Part shown: in pieces, positions 52,866-61,158 of the stretch
Layout of the letters: each line of letters starts with the position of its first letter
Numbering within the stretch: position 1 is the stretch's first letter
Position numbers and translations under genes: made by a program
NCBI GenBank assembly: GCA_963790025.1
Contig: CAWBMP010000004.1
Location: 1,672,177 to 1,736,176 of the forward strand
Source: Nitrospirota bacterium
GTDB taxonomy: Bacteria > Nitrospirota > Thermodesulfovibrionia > Thermodesulfovibrionales > Dissulfurispiraceae
Reading direction: 5' to 3'
Length of the DNA: 64,000 bases
The notes under the pieces: generated by a model
Databases searched by the model: none
Told to the model about the DNA's origin: nothing
What the model saw: the letters and a program-made list of their open reading frames with translations, nothing else

Positions 52866-53254
52866 ACTATTTTTACCAGTACCCGCCTGTGCCTCGGTCC
52901 GTCGAACTCGCAAAAATAAACAGACTGCCAGGTCCCAAGGAGAAGTTTGCCATCTTCAATTAAAACTATTTGCGCAATTCCTACAAGCGTAGACTTTATA
53001 TGGGCAGCAGAGTTTCCCTCCATATGCTGATAATCTCCCTCGAAAGGGATCATCCTGTTCAAAGCGGCAATAATATCCCTTTTCACCGCAGGATCAGCAC
53101 CTTCATTGATGGTAACTCCGGCAGTTGTATGCGGAACGTATATGTGGCACACCCCATGCTGAATACCCGATTCCTTTATAAGCGACCGGATATCTTCGGT
53201 TATATCGATGAATTCCGTTTTGGACTTGCTCCTGACGTTAAGTGCCTTAGACAT
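52862..53254 (-). CDS. yjbQ: YjbQ/UPF0047 family protein
   Basis: PHTTAG.TINE, H.EGNSAAHIKS, LGTWQ, EFDGPR. Confidence 0.9.
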   Translation of the reverse strand: MSKALNVRSKSKTEFIDITEDIRSLIKESGIQHGVCHIYVPHTTAGVTINEGADPAVKRDIIAALNRMIPFEGDYQHMEGNSAAHIKSTLVGIAQIVLIEDGKLLLGTWQSVYFCEFDGPRHRRVLVKIV

Positions 53255-53708
53255 TGCACAGTTCCTCCCTGAGTTGTCTGACTGTTTTTTTTAGGACCGG
53301 ATGCCATTTATCCGGTGCTATTTCAGAAAGCGGAAGAAGTACAAAGTCCCTCTGGTGAAGCAGCGGATGCGGAATGCAGAGGGACTTTTCTGTAAGAATA
53401 CTATCATCATAAAAAAGAATGTCGAGATCAATGCAGCGGGGCCCCCAGGGGGTTGTTTCCAGCCTGCCCATTTTTTTCTCAATGTCTTTGAGTGCAGCCA
53501 GCAATCTTCCCGGCGGCAGGTCTGTTTCAGCCAATGCCGCCATGTTCATAAACAGCGGCTGGTTTTTAAGACCCCAGGGTTCGGTTTCATACAGCGAGGA
53601 TTTTTTCGTCACCACAATGCCGCTGCCGGTCATAAGCTCGACAGCGCGCATGCAATTCGCCTTTTTGTCTCCCATATTCGAACCGATCCCAATATATACT
53701 GTGGCCAT
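53247..53708 (-). CDS. folK: 2-amino-4-hydroxy-6-hydroxymethyldihydropteridine diphosphokinase
   Basis: YIGIGSN, SSLYETEPWG, WGPR.IDLDIL, IPHP, R.FVL.PL. Confidence 0.96.
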   Translation of the reverse strand: MATVYIGIGSNMGDKKANCMRAVELMTGSGIVVTKKSSLYETEPWGLKNQPLFMNMAALAETDLPPGRLLAALKDIEKKMGRLETTPWGPRCIDLDILFYDDSILTEKSLCIPHPLLHQRDFVLLPLSEIAPDKWHPVLKKTVRQLREELCNV

Positions 53709-54884
53709 CTAAAATCCGTCGAGCGCGCCTTTTATCCTTTCCAATGCTTCTTTTGTTCTTTCCACGGGCTGGGTGAGGGCAAAACGTATATATCCCTCTC
53801 CCGGCGTGCCAAAGCCGACTCCGGGCGTACCGAGCACGCCCGCTTTTTCCAGGAGATGTGCCACGAAGGCAGTTGAATCAAAAGGGGCTGGGACCTTGGC
53901 CCAAAGGTAAAACGTTGCTTCCGGTTTTTTAAGCTGAAAGCCAAGCCCCGAAAGGCCATTGAAAAATATGTCCCTGCGTACCTGATAGGTATTCCTGATC
54001 GTGGATAATATATTTTCTTTTGATTTAAGGGCTTCAGTTCCCGCCTCCTGGATAGCCTGAAACACACCGGAATCAAGGTTTGACTTTATTTTTCCCAGCC
54101 CGGAAATGACATCCTTATTGCCAACAGCGAAACCGATTCTCCATCCTGTCATGTTATAGGTCTTGGATAGTGAGTGAAATTCAATGCCCACTTCCTTGGC
54201 CCCATCGACTTCAAGGAAGCTCAGCGGTTTGTTACCGTCATAATATATTTCGGAATATGCGGCATCATGGCAGATTATAACGTTATGCCTTTCAGCAAAC
54301 GAAATTGCCGCCTCAAAAAAACCCTTCCGGGCTACGGAAGCGGTAGGATTATTAGGATAATTCAGGAACATTAATTTAGCATTCTTGCTTACAGCATCAG
54401 GAATTGCGCCAAGGTCGGGAAGAAAATCATTTTCGTCCCTGAGCGGCATAAGGTATGGCTCCCCGCCTGCAAATGCCGTGGCAACCGGATAGACGGGATA
54501 GCCAGGAGAGGGGACAAGGACCACATCGCCGGGATTTATAAAAGCCAGCGGTATATGACCTATACCTTCTTTGGAACCGATAAGCGATATTACTTCAGTT
54601 TCGGGGTCCAGCTTTACATTGAACCGCTGACCGTACCAGCCCGCGACAGCATCCCTGAATGAATACATTCCTTCGTAAGAAGGATAACGATGATGTTCGG
54701 GTTTCCCGATAGCAGTTTTCATCGCCTCTACTATATGTGCCGGAGTTGGAATGTCAGGATCTCCTATACTGAGGTCTATGAGGTCGACGCCTCTGGAAAT
54801 AGCGTCCCGTTTCATTATGTCGATGGAAGCGAAAAGATAAGGAGGCAGGTTTCTTGCACGATCTGCAAGCCGGGGTTTAATCAT
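53709..54884 (-). CDS. dapL: LL-diaminopimelate aminotransferase (class I PLP aminotransferase)
   Basis: LPPYLF, IGDPD.PTP, GSKEGI, NYPNNPT, HDAAY, HSLSKTYNMTGWRIG. Confidence 0.82.
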   Translation of the reverse strand: MIKPRLADRARNLPPYLFASIDIMKRDAISRGVDLIDLSIGDPDIPTPAHIVEAMKTAIGKPEHHRYPSYEGMYSFRDAVAGWYGQRFNVKLDPETEVISLIGSKEGIGHIPLAFINPGDVVLVPSPGYPVYPVATAFAGGEPYLMPLRDENDFLPDLGAIPDAVSKNAKLMFLNYPNNPTASVARKGFFEAAISFAERHNVIICHDAAYSEIYYDGNKPLSFLEVDGAKEVGIEFHSLSKTYNMTGWRIGFAVGNKDVISGLGKIKSNLDSGVFQAIQEAGTEALKSKENILSTIRNTYQVRRDIFFNGLSGLGFQLKKPEATFYLWAKVPAPFDSTAFVAHLLEKAGVLGTPGVGFGTPGEGYIRFALTQPVERTKEALERIKGALDGF

Positions 54885-54950
54885 TACAATATTCCTCTTT
54901 TTTATTTTTTTGTCCGCTTTTTATTTTATATGAGATAAAAGGATGAGGTC

Positions 54951-54975
54951 AAAAAAAAGGGCTGTGAAGCCCTTT
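54951..54975 (-). terminator. Intrinsic terminator
   Basis: Minus strand AAAGGGCT-TCAC-AGCCC followed by a T8 run. Confidence 0.7.
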
Positions 54976-54985
54976 CTATATTTGT

Positions 54986-55363
54986 TTAATAGCCGGATTT
55001 TGACTCCGGTTTTGGTGGTCTGGCCGGCCCCGTGCCTTTTTTCTCGGTCTTTAACGGTTTAATATCGATAGAGCGCGCAATGTTCTTGCCTTCAATGACT
55101 GCGTATTTTACCGTTGCCATATCGCCTACCTTGACGTCAGAAAGTGTTTTCTTTTCTTTGTCTATTTTTACAGTTGTTTTGTCATCCGCAGAGATAACCA
55201 CTTCAGCCTTTCTACCCTTTATGGTCAAAATCTTAACCGTCATATCAACGGTAACGACATCTCCTGTAACGATTTTAACTATCACTTTATCGGCTGCAAC
55301 GGCGCTGCCGATAATGAAGACAGCAACAAGAAAAGAAAAAATATATAAAAAAGACCTTTTCAT
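54986..55363 (-). CDS. Secreted small beta-barrel (OB-fold-like) protein
   Basis: Signal peptide ending AVA-A; VTGDVVTVD...LSDVKVGD..TVKY pattern; SD GGAGG. Confidence 0.7.
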   Translation of the reverse strand: MKRSFLYIFSFLVAVFIIGSAVAADKVIVKIVTGDVVTVDMTVKILTIKGRKAEVVISADDKTTVKIDKEKKTLSDVKVGDMATVKYAVIEGKNIARSIDIKPLKTEKKGTGPARPPKPESKSGY

Positions 55364-55408
55364 GACACCTCCGCCGTATATTAAATTACCTGTGGACTAC
55401 ATATAAAT

Positions 55409-55447
55409 AAGGGCAGGTGTTGGCCAATTCCATATGCACCTGCCCTT
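55409..55447 (-). terminator. Hairpin after the small secreted peptide gene
   Basis: AAGGGCAGGTG / CACCTGCCCTT stem. Confidence 0.65.
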
Positions 55448-55467
55448 CGTAAATATCAAGAAAGAAA

Positions 55468-55683
55468 TTATTTTGCCGGAGCTGCTGCTGGAGCTGCTTC
55501 CTCTTTCTTTTCTGTCTTCTTAGCCTTCTTAGCTTTCTTAACTTTCTTAACAGGCTTCTTCTCTTCCGCCTTCTTCTCTGCTGCCGGAGCTGCTGCCGGA
55601 GCTGCTGTGTCAGCTGCAAAAGAGATTGCGGTCATGCCGAATGCGAAAAGAACTGCTATTACTAATGACATAAGTTTCTTCAT
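55468..55683 (-). CDS. Small secreted Ala/Pro/Lys-rich disordered protein (Asr-like composition)
   Basis: Signal peptide ending SFA-A; APAAAPAA and KKAKKAKK repeats; strong SD AGGAGGT. Confidence 0.85.
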   Translation of the reverse strand: MKKLMSLVIAVLFAFGMTAISFAADTAAPAAAPAAEKKAEEKKPVKKVKKAKKAKKTEKKEEAAPAAAPAK

Positions 55684-55731
55684 TATGATTCACCTCCTTT
55701 TTTGTTCCCCAATTTTTGGTATTAATATTAA

Positions 55732-55747
55732 AGCAAGGATTATGCCA
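55732..55747 (-). promoter_or_regulatory. Sigma54 (-24/-12) promoter
   Basis: TGGCATAATCCTTGCT has exact GG-N10-GC spacing. Confidence 0.85.
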
Positions 55748-55800
55748 CAATGAAAAGACCTCGGATAAGGGCGGTACAAGAGGTCCGGTGCTTATTACCG

Positions 55801-57201
55801 CTACTGATCAGTTCCTTTTTCAGGGAATATATCCTCATTTGAGGATATGCTCTGGATGCCGAACTTCTCAAGCCTGTACCAGAAAGTCTTATAAGTCATA
55901 CCGAGCAAACGTGCAGCTTTCGCAGCTACATTGTTTGATTTAAGCATCGCTTTTTTAATCAGTTCTTTTTCAAGCTCTTCAAAGTTAATGCCGTCATCAG
56001 GCAATTCAAAGTTTAAAGGGCCCTTGTCTGAAGGAAGCCGTAGCTCGCTACGGATGTCATTGATAGTTACCGTTTCTCCGTCACCCATCAGGACGGCCCG
56101 CTCGATGACAAATTCGAGCTGCCTGATGTTGCCCGGCCAGTGGTAATCCATCAGGGCCTTCATGGCCCCATCGCTAACCCCTTTGACCCTTTTCCCGAAT
56201 TCTTTATTATATTTATTAATAAAAAAATTTGTGAGTGCCGCAATGTCCTCTTTTCTTTCTCTTAACGGGGGGAGCTCAATTGTCACAACTTTGAGCCGGT
56301 AGTACAGGTCCTCCCTGAATTTTCCCTTACCGACTTCTTTCTCCAGGTATTTGTTGGTTGCTGCTATTATCCTGACATCAACCTTGATGTTGTCTTTTCC
56401 GCCAAGCCGCCTGACTTCCTTGTCTTGCAAAACCCGCAATAACTTTGTCTGTGTCAGCATCGGCAGGTCTCCAATTTCATCAAGGAAGAGCGTGCCCCGT
56501 TCGCTTGCCTCGAAAAGCCCCTGCTTCCGGTGGACCGCACCGGTAAAGGCGCCCGGCTCATAACCGAACAATTCGCTTTCTATAAGGTTCTCGGGTATAG
56601 CCGCACAGTTGATTGCCGTAAAAGGGCCTGTCCTTCTCGTGCTGTTATAATGGATCGCTTTTGCAATAAGCTCTTTTCCAGTCCCGCTTTCTCCATATAT
56701 CAAAACAGTGACTGCCGTGGGAGTCACTTTTTTAGCTATTTCTATAACCTCCTGCATCTTTTTGGAGTTGCCCACAATGCCTTCCATTTTAAATTTGCCA
56801 AAAAGCGCATCTTGCAATCTGAGATTGTCCTTGAGCAGTTGCATCCTTTCCACCGCTTTCCTGACGGTTAGAATTATTACATCTTTTTCAAGGGGTTTTG
56901 TAAGGTAATCAAAAGCGCCTTTTTTGATTGCCTCAACAGCAGATGAGATGGTGCCGAAAGCCGTCATAATAATAACCGCCGGCTTCAGAGAATCTTCAGG
57001 AAGGGCATCCAAAAGCTGCACTCCGCTCATCCCACCCATCTTCAGGTCGGTTATAACCACATCAGGGGCAAGCATTTTTATGAGCCCAAGTCCCTCTTCT
57101 GCAGATGATGCCGTGTTTGTTTCGTATCCGGCATCTTCGAGAATGGTTTTTAATATTTCCCGCTGGCGCTGCTCGTCATCTATAACTATTATCGAAGACA
57201 T
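55801..57201 (-). CDS. Sigma54-dependent response regulator (NtrC family)
   Basis: Receiver domain (VIDDE, TDLKM), GESGTGKE, GAFTGA, FLDEIG, WPGNIRQL, Fis-type HTH. Confidence 0.96.
   Translation of the reverse strand: MSSIIVIDDEQRQREILKTILEDAGYETNTASSAEEGLGLIKMLAPDVVITDLKMGGMSGVQLLDALPEDSLKPAVIIMTAFGTISSAVEAIKKGAFDYLTKPLEKDVIILTVRKAVERMQLLKDNLRLQDALFGKFKMEGIVGNSKKMQEVIEIAKKVTPTAVTVLIYGESGTGKELIAKAIHYNSTRRTGPFTAINCAAIPENLIESELFGYEPGAFTGAVHRKQGLFEASERGTLFLDEIGDLPMLTQTKLLRVLQDKEVRRLGGKDNIKVDVRIIAATNKYLEKEVGKGKFREDLYYRLKVVTIELPPLRERKEDIAALTNFFINKYNKEFGKRVKGVSDGAMKALMDYHWPGNIRQLEFVIERAVLMGDGETVTINDIRSELRLPSDKGPLNFELPDDGINFEELEKELIKKAMLKSNNVAAKAARLLGMTYKTFWYRLEKFGIQSISSNEDIFPEKGTDQ
55812..55846. 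promoter_or_regulatory. Putative tandem upstream activator sequences inside the 3' end of the response-regulator gene
   Basis: TTCC-N8-GGAA (55812-55827) and ATCC-N8-GGAT (55831-55846, core of the palindrome ATATCCTCA-TT-TGAGGATAT). Confidence 0.55.
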
Positions 57202-57210
57202 ACTACCTCA

Positions 57211-58650
57211 CTATGCAGGGGGCAGCGGAAGAATAAGTTTTACTCTGCTTCCCTCTCCAACGATACTTTGGAACTGAACTTTGCCCCCATGTTCTTCCAT
57301 GACCCTTCTGGTCATGGGCAGCCCCAGTCCAAGCCCGTCCTGTTTAGTCGAAAAGAACGGCTCAAATATCTTTTCCAAGTCCTCCGGCTTGACGCCTTCG
57401 CCGTTATCGCTGATCGTCAGGACGAAAGTATCGTTTATTATCTCTTCTCTAATTCTGAGTACACCGGCACGAGATGACGACCCCATGGCGTGGAAAGCGT
57501 TAGTAATGACATTCAAAATGCAGGACTTAAAAAGGTCAGGGTCCAAATAAAGCTGTACATCCAAAGATGGGTCCATGATAATGTTTATGTGGTCGGCTTC
57601 AGCTTTTGCCCAGATCAGGGCAAGCACGTCTTCCAGAAGCCCTGTAAAGCTTATATTTTGCTTGTTCAGCTTGAACGGTCTGCTGTAGTCGAGGAAATCG
57701 TTCACCAGCGTGTTGAGCCGATGTATCTCCTGCTTAATCCCGCTTATGAGATGATCGTACTTTTCCCTTTCCATCTCGCCATCGGGTTTGTATTTCTCAC
57801 CCAGATGATCGACACTAAGATTGATAAAGTTGAGGGGATTTCTTATTTCGTGTGCCATGCTCCTGGAGAGCTGCCCCAGGCCCGAGAGATGTTCCGCCTC
57901 ACGCAGCCGCTCCTCAAGGCTGCGGGTTTCTCTCAGCTTGGCCACCATGAAGTTGAATGTATCGGAAAGCTGCCCGATTTCGTCATTGCTCTGGACCGGG
58001 ATACTCTGGTTGAGGTCGCCGGCAGCTACCCTCCTCGAGGCGTCAACCACCCTCTGAATAGGACGGGTATACCGCCTGGAAAAAATCACGATCATGACAA
58101 TGCCGATGCCGAAGACAAAAACTGTTGCAAGAATTCTCTTAAGCGTATTGGCTTTCAGGATGTCGGAGAAATCGTCTTTGTTCACTCGAAGGTGCACATA
58201 CCCGTATTGAGTGTTGCGTGCAATAACCGGTACTATCACATTATAGGTGTGGCCTTCTTCAGCCGAAACGGGCTCGCCCAGTTCCGCCTTTATTATAAGC
58301 TCTTTTCTCTTGTGGGTAATGGCCTGTCCTATTTTCGCGGTGTTGGTGCTCGCAACGATTTCATTTGCGTTGCTTATAATGGATATCTCCTTGACTCCTT
58401 TAGCATTGAGGCTGGTGAGATATTTGGACAGCCGGGCCTCATCAGTGTTTCCCGACGCCGTCACTTCCTCAACGCCGATCTGTATCGCCTTGGTAAGCTC
58501 CGTGGTCTGACGTTCTATCGCCTGGGAAAGTGCCTTCTCTGACTCCGAATAGAAGAACATTAACATTGAGATCATAATAAAGCTCAGAAAAAGCATCATC
58601 AGGATAAGTTTTTTGTTCAGCGAGAACTTAAACGAATTGTTCTGAAACAT
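57211..58650 (-). CDS. Membrane sensor histidine kinase with HAMP domain
   Basis: Two TMs, HAMP (DEIGQL), H-box AHEIRNPLN, DNGEG, FEPFFSTK, GLGLGL. Confidence 0.95.
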   Translation of the reverse strand: MFQNNSFKFSLNKKLILMMLFLSFIMISMLMFFYSESEKALSQAIERQTTELTKAIQIGVEEVTASGNTDEARLSKYLTSLNAKGVKEISIISNANEIVASTNTAKIGQAITHKRKELIIKAELGEPVSAEEGHTYNVIVPVIARNTQYGYVHLRVNKDDFSDILKANTLKRILATVFVFGIGIVMIVIFSRRYTRPIQRVVDASRRVAAGDLNQSIPVQSNDEIGQLSDTFNFMVAKLRETRSLEERLREAEHLSGLGQLSRSMAHEIRNPLNFINLSVDHLGEKYKPDGEMEREKYDHLISGIKQEIHRLNTLVNDFLDYSRPFKLNKQNISFTGLLEDVLALIWAKAEADHINIIMDPSLDVQLYLDPDLFKSCILNVITNAFHAMGSSSRAGVLRIREEIINDTFVLTISDNGEGVKPEDLEKIFEPFFSTKQDGLGLGLPMTRRVMEEHGGKVQFQSIVGEGSRVKLILPLPPA

Positions 58651-58785
58651 ACTTAATAATAACATATGGGTTTGTCCGACATATAACCGCCATTCGGTAG
58701 CGGGTCGGTTTGTTTTTGCTCTCGATCAAAAAATTGCCCAGTTTGAGTTGCATTTATTTGAAATTGATTTTACTATAACTTACAA

Positions 58786-59478
58786 ATGCTTATCGAAAAC
58801 TTTTCAGCTATACTTAAAAGGATTAATAATGCCGCATTGAGCGCCGGCAGAAACCCCGCTGAGATAACGTTGGTTGCCGTTACAAAAACAGTTGGGCCAG
58901 AAAGAATAAAAGAAGCCGTTGACATCGGGGTTGGAATATTCGGAGAGAACAAGGTGCAGGAAGCACAAAAGAAGATTTCATATTTGAAACCTGACATTTT
59001 AAATTTTCCAGTCCAATGGCATCTTATCGGACATCTTCAGAAGAACAAGGCAAAAGCCGCAGCAGAGCTGTTTGATCTTGTTCATACCATTGATTCCGTC
59101 GGACTTGCAGAAGAGATTGACAGGCAGGCAGAAAAGATCCATAAGATACAGAGGGTCCTTGCGCAGGTAAAATTATCCGAAGAAGAAACAAAACACGGGG
59201 CTTCTGAAAAAGAATTGTCCCTCCTTATTGAGCGGATCAGCAGGTTGAAGAACCTAAAGCTTGAAGGATTGATGACAATCCCCCCTTTTTTTGAAGACCC
59301 TGAAGAGGCAAGGCCCTATTTCAGGCGGCTCAGGGCCTTACGAGATGAGGCTGAAATCGAGGGACACCGATTGCCGGAACTTTCGATGGGAATGTCAAAC
59401 GACTTTGAGGTGGCGATAGAGGAGGGTGCAACAATGGTAAGGATAGGAACGGCAATTTTCGGCGAAAGGAGCATATAA
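58786..59478 (+). CDS. yggS: PLP homeostasis protein YggS
   Basis: LVAVTKT, FGENKVQE, WHLIGHLQKNK, GLMTIP, LSMGMSNDF, VRIGTAIFG. Confidence 0.96.
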   Translation: MLIENFSAILKRINNAALSAGRNPAEITLVAVTKTVGPERIKEAVDIGVGIFGENKVQEAQKKISYLKPDILNFPVQWHLIGHLQKNKAKAAAELFDLVHTIDSVGLAEEIDRQAEKIHKIQRVLAQVKLSEEETKHGASEKELSLLIERISRLKNLKLEGLMTIPPFFEDPEEARPYFRRLRALRDEAEIEGHRLPELSMGMSNDFEVAIEEGATMVRIGTAIFGERSI

Positions 59479-60266
59479 TGACAGGCTTTATCGGCGGCGG
59501 CAAAATGGCGGAGGCATTGATTAAAGGAATTACCGGACGGGGCGGCACGGACATTTTTGTATCCGAGCCGCTGGAAGAGAGAAGGCGTTATCTTGAGAAC
59601 TCTTACGGTATAAATACAACAGCATTCAACAAAGAAGTGGCAAAATCCTGCAATATTATAATTCTGGCAGTGAAGCCTCAGAATATGGCTGCAGTGCTTG
59701 ATGAGATTGCGGATTCCATACCGGAGGACAAAACCGTCGTGTCCATAGCCGCCGGCATAACGCTCGCTTTACTCCAGGAAAAACTGAAGACAAGAAAGAT
59801 TGTCAGGGTCATGCCTAATACTCCGGCGATTGTTCAGGAAGGCATGTCCGTCTTGTCTCTGTGCGAATGCTTCGCTGAACGGGATATTGCTGCCGTGCGG
59901 GAAATTTTTATGTCCGTTGGCAAAGTGATTACCCTTCCGGAAAAATACATGAATGCTGTCACCGCCCTTTCAGGCAGCGGTCCGGCCTTTATTGCGCTAT
60001 TTACCGAGGCACTAATCGAGGCAGGCTCGCAGATTGGGATTACCGGAGAGAATGCCCCGTTGCTTGCACTTCAGACGCTTATTGGTACTGCAAAGCTGCT
60101 CGAAACCGGAATGCCGCCTGAACAACTCCGTGCAATGGTGACCTCGCCCGGCGGTACAACCGCAGCCGGGCTTAAGGTGTTCGAAGAGAGGGGATTGAAA
60201 AGTATCGTTACCGAAGCCCTGCGGGCTGCGGTAAAAAGAGCAGAAGAATTAGGCAGCAGAAATTAG
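59478..60266 (+). CDS. proC: Pyrroline-5-carboxylate reductase
   Basis: GFIGGGKM, LAVKPQ, SIAAG, RVMPNTP, SGSGPA, VTSPGGTT. Confidence 0.96.
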   Translation: MTGFIGGGKMAEALIKGITGRGGTDIFVSEPLEERRRYLENSYGINTTAFNKEVAKSCNIIILAVKPQNMAAVLDEIADSIPEDKTVVSIAAGITLALLQEKLKTRKIVRVMPNTPAIVQEGMSVLSLCECFAERDIAAVREIFMSVGKVITLPEKYMNAVTALSGSGPAFIALFTEALIEAGSQIGITGENAPLLALQTLIGTAKLLETGMPPEQLRAMVTSPGGTTAAGLKVFEERGLKSIVTEALRAAVKRAEELGSRN

Positions 60267-60273
60267 GTAGAAT

Positions 60274-60362
60274 AGTGTCAGCACTAAACGTCAGTGTCGG
60301 TGTCAGTTTCTGGTGTCAGAAAAAGAATCCCTTAACTGACGCTAAAAACTGACACTGACACT
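60274..60362. repeat. GTGTCA hexamer-repeat hairpin between proC and yggT
   Basis: Several (A/G)GTGTC(A/G) units followed by complementary CTGACG and CTGACA-CTGACA-CT units. Confidence 0.6.
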
Positions 60363-60377
60363 ATATAAGGAGGGCAT

Positions 60378-60683
60378 ATGTTTGTTTTGGGGAACCTGGT
60401 TCTGGCTGTTGCCACCATCTTAGATTACGTACTCAGTATTTACAAATGGCTGCTGTTAATTACAGTGCTTTTGAGCTGGGTCAATCCAGACCCTTATAAT
60501 CCGATTGTCCGTTTCCTGCACGCAATAACTGAACCGGTACTCAGACCCATAAGAAGAGTTATAGGATTTAATTTCGGCCCAATAGATATTTCCCCTATTA
60601 TAGTTTTTATTATTATTATGTTCGCGCAAAGCTTTTTAATCAGGACATTGATGCAATTGGCGTATAAAATAGGAGGTGGCTAA
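60378..60683 (+). CDS. yggT: YggT family membrane protein
   Basis: LLSWVNPDPYNPIV, TEPVLRPIRR, IDISP. Confidence 0.93.
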   Translation: MFVLGNLVLAVATILDYVLSIYKWLLLITVLLSWVNPDPYNPIVRFLHAITEPVLRPIRRVIGFNFGPIDISPIIVFIIIMFAQSFLIRTLMQLAYKIGGG

Positions 60684-60684
60684 G

Positions 60685-61158
60685 ATGAGACTTACACCGC
60701 TCGACATTCAGCAAAAACAGTTTCCAGTGCGCTTCAGGGGATTTGACGTAGATGAAGTCTATTCCTTTCTTGAACTGGTGAGAGAGGAGCTTGAAGAACT
60801 ATTGAGGGAAAATGCATCGGTGAAAGAACAGCTGACCAGGGCCGACGAGCAACTTCAGGAGTTCAAGCATATGGAAACAACCCTGAGGGAGACTTTAATG
60901 ACCGCCCAGCAAATGGTTGAGGATTACAAAACCAATGCGCGCAAAGAGGCGGAACTTATCCTGAAGGAGGCAGAACTCAAGTCTGACAACTTGATGAAGG
61001 TATCGCAGGAAAAGGTGGTAAAGATTCACGAGGATATTGTAGATCTCAAAGGAATCAGGCGTCACTTTAAGGAGGAAATAAAGAGGCTCATAGAGAGTCA
61101 CATGAGAATGCTTGAGTTCGACAAGGAAAGAGAAGGAGAAGATTCGAGTGAAGTATAA
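60685..61158 (+). CDS. divIVA: DivIVA-domain protein
   Basis: LTPLDIQQKQF..RFRGFD.DEV..FL followed by coiled coil; SD AGGAGGT. Confidence 0.88.
   Translation: MRLTPLDIQQKQFPVRFRGFDVDEVYSFLELVREELEELLRENASVKEQLTRADEQLQEFKHMETTLRETLMTAQQMVEDYKTNARKEAELILKEAELKSDNLMKVSQEKVVKIHEDIVDLKGIRRHFKEEIKRLIESHMRMLEFDKEREGEDSSEV

Noticed and set aside
57490..58542. 350-aa ORF on the plus strand
   Set aside because: Antisense shadow of the histidine kinase.
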